Shown: in pieces, positions 15,784-24,297 of the stretch
Layout: every line of letters starts with the position of its first letter
How positions within the stretch are numbered: position 1 is the stretch's first letter
Assembly (NCBI GenBank): GCA_036501885.1
Contig: DASXZM010000041.1
Coordinates: 34,905 to 66,904, forward strand
Direction of reading: 5' to 3'
Origin: Kofleriaceae bacterium
GTDB lineage: Bacteria; Myxococcota_A; Polyangia; Haliangiales; Haliangiaceae
Length of the DNA stretch: 32,000 nt
The notes under the pieces: generated by a model
Told to the model about the DNA's origin: nothing
The model's database searches: none
Seen by the model: the letters and a program-made list of their open reading frames with translations, nothing else
Program-made: the position numbers and the translations under genes

Positions 15784-18357
15784 TCAGCCAGCTGCGGAGA
15801 GCGCCCACAACGGGAAGATCCGCAGATACGCGTCGTAGTGGATCGCGCACGTGTGGTTGAACACGCCGGCGATGTGCTCGGCCGGCCACGTGCCGTCGGC
15901 CTGTTGGCGGCGCAGCAAGAACTCGACGCCGCGGCGCACTTCACGGGACTCGGCGCGATCGGCGCGGCACAGCGCCAACAGCGCCCACGACGTCATCACC
16001 GCCTGGCCGGTCTCGGCGTGAATGTAGCGGCGCGCGCGACACGACTCGACGGTCTCGCCCCAGCCGCCGTCCTGCTGTTGATGCGCGATCAAGAACTCGC
16101 ACGCGCGATCGATCGCGCGTTTCGCGCGCGCGTCCTCGGATGCGGCGAGTCCGTTGACCGCGAACCACGTGCCGTACGTGAAGCACACGCCCCACGCGCC
16201 TTCCCACGAGCCGTCGGGCCGCTGCACGTCGAGCAAGTACTGCGCGCCGCGCGCGATCGCGGCCGTGATCGCCGTGCGCAGCACCAGATCGGCGCCCGGC
16301 AGGTAGTTGCGCAGCGCCGTCATGCACGCCGACGTGCACTCGGTGTACGAGCGATCGATCATGATCTCGCCGAACACTTCGGACGGGTTGAAGCGCTCGA
16401 GCCATTTCGGCCCGCGCGTCTTCTCGTACGTGGCCCAGCCGCCGTCGGCGTTCTGCCACGACAGCATGCGCGCGACCGCATCGGCGCGGCGCTCGGATGT
16501 GATCGGCTCGGCGAGCCCGTGCGCGTCGAGCGCGAGCGTCGCCTTGAGTCCTTCGGCGGTGCAATCGGTGATCGGCCAGCCGTGCGGGCGCGTCGAGAAC
16601 GGCCACGCGCCGACGCTGTCGTGCCGGTAGTAGCGCGCGCCGTCGGCCGGTTGCGCGATGATCTGCGCGCCTTCGATGAAGCGCGCGGCGTTCGCGAGCG
16701 TGGCGTGGCTCGCGCGGCCGCTCGCGTGGAGTGCCTGCACCGCGAACGCGGTGTCCCACAGCTCCGACGAGTTGTAGCCCTGCATCTTCACGCCGTCGGG
16801 CGCGCGCCACAGATAATCCGGCATGCGCGCGACGTGCGCTTGCACTTCCGCGCCGCCCGGCTTCGCGTGATGCCAGACCAGCAGGTCGAACAGCTTGTTG
16901 ACCGGACCGATGCAGATGTAGCTCGTCGCGCGATCTTCGAACGCGATGTGATCGAGCAGCATCGCGAGCGCGCGCTCGCGCAGCTTGGCGATCGACGCGC
17001 GCTCGTACACGCCGAGCACGGTGTGGATCGTGGTCAGCCACGCGTCGTGCGGATGATAGAGATCGTCGGCGGCGACGCGGGCACGCGCGCTCGCCCAATC
17101 GATCTGACCGTACGGCTCGTCGTAGATCTCGCCGCGGATCTCGTCGAGCAGCGGGCCGTTGCCGAGCACGGCACGCGCGCCGTACAGATAGCTCATCGGC
17201 AGGTAGACCATGCGCGCGTGGCACCACAGCCGCGACGGATGGAACGGCACCGCCTCCGGCAACAGCCAGAGCTCCGGCGGAACCGGCGCGACGCCGTCGT
17301 AGTCGTAGAGCCCGAGCACCGCGAGAAAAAACTTTCCCCACGACGCCGACGCGAGCGCACCGCCGCGCGGCAGGAACCACGCGCGCGCGTTTGCGAGACG
17401 CTCGTCGCTCTTGGGGAGCCCCAAGAGGCGCAGCGCGACGTAATTCAGAACCGACGTGAAGACGTGCGAGTCGCCCTCGACGTCGAGGCCCCAGCCGCCG
17501 TCGGGGTTCTGGTAGCGCGTGAGGTAGCCGACCATCCCGTCGCGGGTCTCGCGATCGAGCGGAATGCCGACGATGTGGCACGTGCCGACGTACATCGGCA
17601 GCAAGAACAGCGGCCCGCCGTAATCGCCGTGCCACGAGCCGGTCGGAGATTGTGTGGCGGCGAGCACGTCGCATGCGAGATCGATCGCGCGCTCGCGCGA
17701 CGGCAGCGGCGCATCGGCGACGAGCTCGGCCTCTTCCGGCGCCGCGGGTGGCAAGCCGCGACACAGCGCTGCAAAGCCGGCGCGCACCGCGCGATCGTTG
17801 CCCGCGACCAGCCCGGCGAGCCGATTCGCGACCGCATTGGGCGAGATCGCACCGACGAGCGGGCGCAGGCAGCTCTTGCGCAGCGCGGGCTCGCTCGCCG
17901 GGATCGCGAGCACGAAGTCGAGCGCGTGCTTCGCGTCGCGATGCAGTGCCGCGCGGTCGAGCTCGCCCGACAGCACGTTCGCGAACGCATCGGCGCGCGC
18001 CGACAGCTTCGCATGTACGGCCGCGACCGCCGCCGAGTGTCGCGCGAACAGGTGCACGACGAGCCGCACGAACGACTTCGCGAAGCCATCGCCTCGCGCG
18101 GCGGCCGCCACGCAGTCGGCGATCCCGCGCCGTGCGGCGGAGGTTTGCGTCGACAGCCGGCGGAGCAACGCGGCGGTCGGCTCGTCGAGCTTCGCGACAC
18201 GCGCGCGCCAGTCGGCGGGCAACGCGGCGAGCTCGTGCAAGTCGAGGTGTTTGCCGAGCTCGGCGGCGAGCTCGAGCGGCTCGGCGAGCTCTCGCGGCAG
18301 CTCGTCGGTCGCGATCGTGATCGTCGCAGCCACCGGGCGCTGCGCGTGTGCGATCAC
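15784..18357 (-). CDS. osc: Oxidosqualene cyclase, cycloartenol-synthase-type residues, with a long N-terminal extension
   Basis: Near-continuous similarity to eukaryotic lanosterol/cycloartenol synthases: GSWHGDYGGPLFLLPMYV, WGKFFLAVLGLYDYDG, LWCHARMVYLPMSYLYG, MQGYNSSELWDTAFAVQAL, GAWPFSTRPHGWPITDCTAEGLKA (DCTAE, not the DxDDTA of hopene cyclases), NPSEVFGEIMIDRSYTECTS, GSWEGAWGVCFTYGTWF and IAGVFNHTCAIHYDAYLRIFPLWAL. The GTG at 18357 overlaps the SQMO stop (GTGA). Confidence 0.9.
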   Translation of the reverse strand: MIAHAQRPVAATITIATDELPRELAEPLELAAELGKHLDLHELAALPADWRARVAKLDEPTAALLRRLSTQTSAARRGIADCVAAAARGDGFAKSFVRLVVHLFARHSAAVAAVHAKLSARADAFANVLSGELDRAALHRDAKHALDFVLAIPASEPALRKSCLRPLVGAISPNAVANRLAGLVAGNDRAVRAGFAALCRGLPPAAPEEAELVADAPLPSRERAIDLACDVLAATQSPTGSWHGDYGGPLFLLPMYVGTCHIVGIPLDRETRDGMVGYLTRYQNPDGGWGLDVEGDSHVFTSVLNYVALRLLGLPKSDERLANARAWFLPRGGALASASWGKFFLAVLGLYDYDGVAPVPPELWLLPEAVPFHPSRLWCHARMVYLPMSYLYGARAVLGNGPLLDEIRGEIYDEPYGQIDWASARARVAADDLYHPHDAWLTTIHTVLGVYERASIAKLRERALAMLLDHIAFEDRATSYICIGPVNKLFDLLVWHHAKPGGAEVQAHVARMPDYLWRAPDGVKMQGYNSSELWDTAFAVQALHASGRASHATLANAARFIEGAQIIAQPADGARYYRHDSVGAWPFSTRPHGWPITDCTAEGLKATLALDAHGLAEPITSERRADAVARMLSWQNADGGWATYEKTRGPKWLERFNPSEVFGEIMIDRSYTECTSACMTALRNYLPGADLVLRTAITAAIARGAQYLLDVQRPDGSWEGAWGVCFTYGTWFAVNGLAASEDARAKRAIDRACEFLIAHQQQDGGWGETVESCRARRYIHAETGQAVMTSWALLALCRADRAESREVRRGVEFLLRRQQADGTWPAEHIAGVFNHTCAIHYDAYLRIFPLWALSAAG

Positions 18358-19745
18358 GTCGCGGCCTCGTGCGTTGCCACGCGGGCGCGCTGCGGCAGCC
18401 ACGCTTGCACCGCGCCCGCGACGTGCGGCACCACGGACGCGAGCAGGCCGCGCACGGCTCGCCGGCGAGGCAGGCGCGGCCGCGACGAGTCGAACAGCGT
18501 CGGCAGCCCGCGCGCCGCGACGTGTGCGTACTCGCGCGCGAGGATCGAGAACCGCTGCTCTTGCGTCGCGAGCAGCGCCATCGAGGCGGCGCGGCCGCGC
18601 GGGCTGTGCTGCCAGTAATCGACGAGCCCGCGGCGGAGCAGCGTCATCTCCGGCGAGACCTCGGCGAACGCGCGATACAGCGCCGACGCGAGCGCGATGC
18701 GCACGCTCTGCGAACGCTGGCGGCCGCGCGCGTAGCGGGCGAGCCCGCGCGAAATGTCGTCGGGGTTGGCCGCGACCGATTCGGCGAGCACGCGCGCGTC
18801 GTGCGCGGCCGAGGCGAGCCCGCTCGCGCTGACGGGATGGCAGCAACCGGCGGCATCGCCGACGAGCACGACGCGGCCCGCGGCGAGTGCGCTCGGCACG
18901 ACGGTGAGGTTCGAGGCGATCAGCGGGCGCTGCGTGGCCACCGTGCGCGCGACGGCGGCGCGAAACGGCTCGGGCAGCGCGGCGAGCCGGTGCGGCTCGC
19001 GCACTCTCGTCGCGACGTCGCCGTCGACGTCGATCATCACGCGCACTTTGCCGGGCGCGATGCCGTAGGCGAGCACGGGAGCCGCGCCGCTCGCGAAGAT
19101 GTGGCCGTGATCGGGGCACGGGATCGCATCGGTCTCGACGAGGAAGCCGGCCATCGCCGACAGCTGCGTGCGCTCGGCCGGAATGCCGGCGAGCTTGCGC
19201 ACGTTCGACGATCGGCCGTCGGCGGCGACCAGCAGCTCCGCGCGAACTTCATGGCGAGCGCCGCCGACCGCGATCGTGACCGTGACCGCGTCGGGCAAGT
19301 GCACGACGCCGTCGACGCGCGCGCCGGTGATCACCGATACGTTCGGCAAGCTGCGCGCGCGCTCGAGCAGCGTCGTGACGAGCGCGCCGTGCTCGACGGT
19401 CGCGCCGCGCCCGCCGTCGGGATCGTAGGCGAGCACGCAGCGCGCATCGGCGCCGCCGTCGCCGCCGAGGAACACCGCGAAGCCGTCGACCGGTTGCGCG
19501 CTCGCATCGGTTAGCGCGCCGGCGAGCCCGAGCGCGCGCAGATCCGCGAGCGCCGGCGGGTGCAACAGCTCGCCGGCGAGCCGCTTCGCATACGTCACGC
19601 CCGGCTCGACGATCAGCACGTGATAGCCACGCTGCGCGAGCGCCGCGGCCGCGCACGAGCCGGCGAGACCGCCACCGGCCACGACGACCTGGACGGCTCG
19701 CGGCAGCGCGACGCTATCTCGCAAATCGCGGGTCGGTGACAGCAC
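18354..19745 (-). CDS. sqmo: FAD-dependent squalene monooxygenase (squalene epoxidase)
   Basis: Rossmann VVVAGGGLAGS, DG motif VAADGRSSNVRK, GD motif VLVGDAAGCCHPVSASG. Translationally coupled to the cyclase immediately downstream. The exact GTG start at 19745 is uncertain. Confidence 0.75.
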   Translation of the reverse strand: MLSPTRDLRDSVALPRAVQVVVAGGGLAGSCAAAALAQRGYHVLIVEPGVTYAKRLAGELLHPPALADLRALGLAGALTDASAQPVDGFAVFLGGDGGADARCVLAYDPDGGRGATVEHGALVTTLLERARSLPNVSVITGARVDGVVHLPDAVTVTIAVGGARHEVRAELLVAADGRSSNVRKLAGIPAERTQLSAMAGFLVETDAIPCPDHGHIFASGAAPVLAYGIAPGKVRVMIDVDGDVATRVREPHRLAALPEPFRAAVARTVATQRPLIASNLTVVPSALAAGRVVLVGDAAGCCHPVSASGLASAAHDARVLAESVAANPDDISRGLARYARGRQRSQSVRIALASALYRAFAEVSPEMTLLRRGLVDYWQHSPRGRAASMALLATQEQRFSILAREYAHVAARGLPTLFDSSRPRLPRRRAVRGLLASVVPHVAGAVQAWLPQRARVATHEAAT

Positions 19746-19827
19746 GGAAGCGCTGGTATGGCCCGATTCTGCACGTCTGTGAAGGCCCCGCGTGCGGTAA
19801 CTCCCGATGCTAACCGACGACGCCTAG

Positions 19828-21099
19828 ATGGTACGGAGTCATACTGAGCCGGTGCGCTCGGCAGTCCCCGCGCTCGCGTTCGCGATGGCGTGCGGCCGTG
19901 TCGATTTCCAGGCGCGCGCGATCGATGCGAGCCCGAGCGCCGATGCAACGCTCGACGCGGCGGCATGCGCCGCGCTCGTTTGCCTCGATCCGACCTTCGC
20001 GAGCGGCGGCGTGCTCGACCTGTCCGTCGACGGCGTGCCGAACGGCTCGTACGGCGACCAAGGCGTGGCGATCCAACCCGACGGCCGGATCGTGATCGTC
20101 GGCAAAGCCGGCACCGCTGCGAGCTCGACCGCGCTCGTCGCGCGCATCGAAGAATCGGGCGTGCTCGATCCGAGCTTCGGCAGCGGCGGAGTGGTCGAGC
20201 TCGCGGCCGCCTCGGCACAGGCGATCGCGGTCACGGTCGCGGCGACCGGCGACATTGTCGTCGGCGGCAACGCGAACGGCGCCGGGCTGCTCGCAAAGCT
20301 CGACGCGACCGGTCAGGTCGATCCGACGTTCGGCGTGCTCGAGCCCACGTTCGGCGGTACGGCCGTCGCGATCAACGGGGTCGCCGTCGACACCGCCGGC
20401 CGCGTGCTCGCCGGTGGCCAGGCCGATTTCGCAAACTTCGATCTCGTCGCCGGCGCGTGGCTCGGCAGCGGCGGGACCGACCCGGCGTTCACGCCGGTGC
20501 ACTACGACGGCGGCCGCGGCGACGAGTTCGGCACGCTCGCCGGCATCGCGCCCGACGGCGGCCTCGACATCGTCGGCCAGACGTACGACGGCACGTTCTT
20601 CGAAGGCTTGATCCTGCACACCACGAACGAAGGCGCGCTCGATCCGAGCTTCGGCAGCGATGGCATCGCGCAGCTCGCGGGCGGCTCCGGCGCGCGGTTC
20701 CTGGCGCTCGCGCGCGAGGCCGATGAGCGCATCGTCGTGACAGGCCAGCTCGACACGACCGGCACCGAGGCGCTCGTCGAGCGGTTCTCGGCGAGCGGCG
20801 TGGTCGATCCCGCGTGGGTCACGACGTCGATCGCGATGCATCCCGACGACGTCGGCCGCGGCATCGTGCAGCTACCCGACGGGCGCATCGTCGTCGGCGT
20901 GCGCGGTGGCAGCGCATCGACGCTGGTCGTGCTCGACGACGGCAGCGGCAGCGTGATCGGAAGCTACGAGCTGCCGATCGCGACTGCGCCGAACGGGATC
21001 GACGATCTGCTCGTCGACCGAGACGGCCGATTGCTGGTTTTCGGCGATGCCGGCAGCGATGAGAGCGAGATCTACCTGGCGCGGGTGCTGATCCCCTGA
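19828..21099 (+). CDS. Delta-60-repeat (beta-propeller-like) secreted/lipoprotein
   Basis: Signal-like N-terminus ...VPALAFAMAC. Six or seven repeats of ~55-60 aa, each with (L/V)DP(S/T)FG..G and DG(R/G)I(V)V(V)G motifs (LDPTFASGG, LDPSFGSGG, VDPTFG, TDPAFT, LDPSFGSDG, VDPAW). Confidence 0.75.
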   Translation: MVRSHTEPVRSAVPALAFAMACGRVDFQARAIDASPSADATLDAAACAALVCLDPTFASGGVLDLSVDGVPNGSYGDQGVAIQPDGRIVIVGKAGTAASSTALVARIEESGVLDPSFGSGGVVELAAASAQAIAVTVAATGDIVVGGNANGAGLLAKLDATGQVDPTFGVLEPTFGGTAVAINGVAVDTAGRVLAGGQADFANFDLVAGAWLGSGGTDPAFTPVHYDGGRGDEFGTLAGIAPDGGLDIVGQTYDGTFFEGLILHTTNEGALDPSFGSDGIAQLAGGSGARFLALAREADERIVVTGQLDTTGTEALVERFSASGVVDPAWVTTSIAMHPDDVGRGIVQLPDGRIVVGVRGGSASTLVVLDDGSGSVIGSYELPIATAPNGIDDLLVDRDGRLLVFGDAGSDESEIYLARVLIP

Positions 21100-21117
21100 C
21101 CGCGGTAGAGTCGTGGC

Positions 21118-24100
21118 GTGATCGCTCGCGTCGTCGCATCCGCACGCGCGGAGCTGCGGCTTCGCGAGGTCGCGGCGCATCTCGCTTCGCTGCCGCCCGG
21201 CGACGAAGTGATCGTGATCGGCGGCACCGCGTCGGCGGCGGCCGAGGCCGTGCGCGCGGTCGCGAAGGCGCGCGGCAGCGCGTTCGGCATGCACCGCTTC
21301 ACGCTCGGCCGGCTCGCCGCGGAGCTCGCGAAGTTGCCCCTCGTCGAGGCCGGGTTGGTGCCGATCGGCGCGTTGCCCGCCGAGGCGTTGTGCGCGCGCG
21401 TCATCGACCGGTTGCGGCGCGACGGCGAGCTCGGCCGATTCGCGGCGGTCGCCGATCAGCCCGGCTTGCCGCGCGCGCTCGCACGCACGCTCGGTGAGCT
21501 GCGCCTCGCGAACGCCACGGTCGACGTGCTAGATTGCGAGCTCGCCCTCGCGATGACCGCGTTCGGCGACGAGCTCGCACGCGGCGGGCTCGCCGATCGT
21601 GCGGCCGTGCTCGCGCTCGCCGCGCGCGTGACCGATCACGCGCTGCTCGGTCATCACCTCGTGATGATCGACGTGCCCGTGCGCGCCGCGGCCGAGCACG
21701 CGCTGATCGCGGCGATCGGCGCGACGAGCCGTTCGTTCCTCGCAACGGTGCCCGACGGCGACGAGCGCACGATCGAACGGCTCCGCACTGCGATCGTGGC
21801 CAGCGAAGCGAGACCCGTGATGATCGAGCGGCTCGACGTGCCCGCCGGCGGCTCGCTCGAGCGCGTCCAGCGCGGCGTATTTCGCGCGACGCGCGAGGCC
21901 GCGGTGCTCGACGACTCGCTCGCGATCTTTTCGGCGCCGGGCGAGAGCCGCGAGTGTGTGGAAATCGCACGGCGTGTCGTGCGAGCGGCGGAGGGTGGGA
22001 TGCCGTTCGATCGCATGGCGATCCTGTTGCGCGCGCCCGCGCAATATCGCGTGCACCTCGAAGAAGCGCTCGCGCGCGCCGACGTGCCGGCGTACTTCGA
22101 GCACGGCACCGTGCTGCCCGATCCGGCCGGGCGCGCGTTCGTCGCGCTGCTCGCGTGCGCGGCCGAGGGCCTGTCGGCGCGCCGCTTCGCCGAATATCTG
22201 TCGCTCGGCGAAGTGCCGGGCGACGTGCCCGCAGCGGCCGCGCCGCGCGGCGATCGCTGGGTGCCTCCCGACGAAGAATTGCTGCCGCGCGCGTTGATCG
22301 GCGAGCCGATCGCGGAGACCGAGGTCGATACGGACGAGCCGCGCGCGCCGTGGCGATGGGAGCGCCTGATCGTCGATGCAGCGGTGATCGGCGGGCGCGA
22401 TCGCTGGACGCGCCGACTCGACGGGCTCGCGGCTCGGCTCGAGCTCGCACGCCACGAGCTTGCCGACGACGCGCGTACGCGCATGCTCGCCGATCTCGCG
22501 CACCTCCGCGCGTTCGCGCTGCCGCTACTCGACGAGCTCGCCGCGCTGCCGGCGTCCGCGCGCTGGGGCGAGTGGCTCGACGCGCTGAGCTCGCTCGCGA
22601 CGCGCGCACTGCGCCGGCCCGAGCGCGTACTCGCCGTGCTCGCCGCGCTGTCGCCGATGGCCGACGTCGGGCCCGTCGAGCTCGACGAGGTGCAGCTCGT
22701 GCTCGTGCCGCGGCTGACCGAGCTCGTCGCGCCGCCGCCGGCGTCGCGCTACGGCCGCGTGCTCGTCGCACCGATCGAAGCGGCGCGCGGGCTCGCGTTC
22801 GACCTCGTGTTCGTCCCCGGCCTCGCCGAACGCTTGTTTCCGCAGAAGCTCGTCGAGGATCCGCTGCTGCTCGACGCCCTACGCGAACGCACCGGGTTAG
22901 CTCTCGACACGCGGTCCGATCGACTCGCCGACGAGCGGCTCGCGCTCAAGCTCGCGATCGGCGCGGCCTCGCGGCGCGTCGTGTTGTCGTATCCGCGCAT
23001 CGATCTCGATCAGGCGCGACCGCGCGTGCCATCGTTTTACGGGCTCGAAGTGCTCGCCGCGGCCGAGGGCACGCTGCCCGGCTTCGACGAGCTCGGCCGC
23101 CGCGCCGACGCCACCGGCGCGACGCGCATCGGCTGGCCCGCGCCGGCGCGTCCGATCGACGCGATCGACGATGCCGAGCACGATCTCGCGCTGCTCGCCG
23201 ATGCATTCAAGACGCAGATGACCGGGGCCGGCCGCTACTTGCTCGGCGCGAACGCGCACCTCGCACGCACGTTGCGGGCACGCGGCCGGCGCTGGCTGTC
23301 GCCGTGGCGCGCCAACGACGGCTTCATCGCGACGTCGCCCGGTGGGCGCGCCGTGATCGCCGCGAACGCGCCGAGCGCGCGCTCGTTTTCGCCGACCGCG
23401 CTCGAGCAGCTCGCGGCCTGCCCGCTGCGCTTCGCGTATCGCACGATCGCCAGGCTCGAGGCGCGCCGGGTGCCCGAGCCGATCGAAGCGATCGGTGCGC
23501 TCGAGCGCGGCAGCATGATCCACGAGATGCAGTTCGAGCTGCTCGGCGAATTGCGCGACGCCGCCGAGCTGCCGGTGCGGCCGGCGAACCTGAGTGCCGC
23601 GCGCACGCGACTCGACGATGTGATCGATCGTGTCGCCGCACGCTACCGGGACGAGCTCGCACCCGCGATCGAGCGCGTGTGGGCCGACGGCATCGCGTCG
23701 ATTCGAGCCGACCTGCGCGAGTGGTTGCGCCGGCTCGCGGACAATACCGCGTGGACGCCGCATCGGTTCGAGCTCGCGTTCGGGCTCGCCGAGGAGGCCG
23801 GCCGCGATCCGGCGAGCACCGACGAGCCCGCCGTGCTCGACATCGGCCTCGCGCTGCGCGGCTCGATCGATCTCGTCGAGCTGAGCGCCGACGGCGCGTT
23901 GCGCGCGACCGATCACAAGACGGGCAAAGCGCGCGTCCTGCCCGGCTCGCTGATCGCGGGCGGCGCGAGCCTGCAGCCGGTCTTGTACGCGCTCGTGCTC
24001 GAGCGGCTGTTTCCCGGCGCACCGATCGCAGGCGGCCGGCTCGCGTACTGCACGACGCGCGGCGACTTTCGCGACGTCGACGTGCCGCTCGATGCCGACG

Positions 24101-24297
24101 CGCGCGCCGCCGCGCAGCTGCTCGCCGACACGCTCGCGCATCACGTCGCGGACGACTTCTTCCCCGCCGCGCCGCAAAAAGGCGCGTGCGAATATTGCGA
24201 CTACCGGCCGATCTGCGGGCCGTACGAGGAGCTGCGCGTCACGAAGAAGGACCGCGCGCGCCTCGTGCAGCTGACGAAGCTGCGGGAGACCCGATGA
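21118..24297 (+). CDS. addB: AddB-type PD-(D/E)XK nuclease subunit with an Fe-S cluster cysteine motif
   Basis: C-terminal nuclease GSIDLVEL...ATDHKTGK. Cys ligands LAACPLRF plus CEYCDYRPIC. No Walker A seen anywhere in the protein. The stop overlaps the addA start (ATGA 24294-24297). Confidence 0.82.
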   Translation: MIARVVASARAELRLREVAAHLASLPPGDEVIVIGGTASAAAEAVRAVAKARGSAFGMHRFTLGRLAAELAKLPLVEAGLVPIGALPAEALCARVIDRLRRDGELGRFAAVADQPGLPRALARTLGELRLANATVDVLDCELALAMTAFGDELARGGLADRAAVLALAARVTDHALLGHHLVMIDVPVRAAAEHALIAAIGATSRSFLATVPDGDERTIERLRTAIVASEARPVMIERLDVPAGGSLERVQRGVFRATREAAVLDDSLAIFSAPGESRECVEIARRVVRAAEGGMPFDRMAILLRAPAQYRVHLEEALARADVPAYFEHGTVLPDPAGRAFVALLACAAEGLSARRFAEYLSLGEVPGDVPAAAAPRGDRWVPPDEELLPRALIGEPIAETEVDTDEPRAPWRWERLIVDAAVIGGRDRWTRRLDGLAARLELARHELADDARTRMLADLAHLRAFALPLLDELAALPASARWGEWLDALSSLATRALRRPERVLAVLAALSPMADVGPVELDEVQLVLVPRLTELVAPPPASRYGRVLVAPIEAARGLAFDLVFVPGLAERLFPQKLVEDPLLLDALRERTGLALDTRSDRLADERLALKLAIGAASRRVVLSYPRIDLDQARPRVPSFYGLEVLAAAEGTLPGFDELGRRADATGATRIGWPAPARPIDAIDDAEHDLALLADAFKTQMTGAGRYLLGANAHLARTLRARGRRWLSPWRANDGFIATSPGGRAVIAANAPSARSFSPTALEQLAACPLRFAYRTIARLEARRVPEPIEAIGALERGSMIHEMQFELLGELRDAAELPVRPANLSAARTRLDDVIDRVAARYRDELAPAIERVWADGIASIRADLREWLRRLADNTAWTPHRFELAFGLAEEAGRDPASTDEPAVLDIGLALRGSIDLVELSADGALRATDHKTGKARVLPGSLIAGGASLQPVLYALVLERLFPGAPIAGGRLAYCTTRGDFRDVDVPLDADARAAAQLLADTLAHHVADDFFPAAPQKGACEYCDYRPICGPYEELRVTKKDRARLVQLTKLRETR

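Noticed and set aside
15676-18618. 980-aa plus-strand ORF, and the minus-strand alternative frames 15941..17764 and 17445..18200, over the cyclase
   Set aside because: The translations are Arg/Ala-rich junk. The cyclase frame shows near-continuous identity blocks to known oxidosqualene cyclases.
18358-19119. Upstream 254 codons of track ORF 15784..19119
   Set aside because: This part overlaps the squalene monooxygenase CDS in another frame and is Arg-rich. The GTG at 18357 gives a classic GTGA coupling with the sqmo stop.
21534-24293. Upstream part of the 2030-aa track ORF 21534..27626
   Set aside because: It lies inside addB in a different frame and is Arg-rich. The AddA homology, including Walker A, begins right after ATG 24294.
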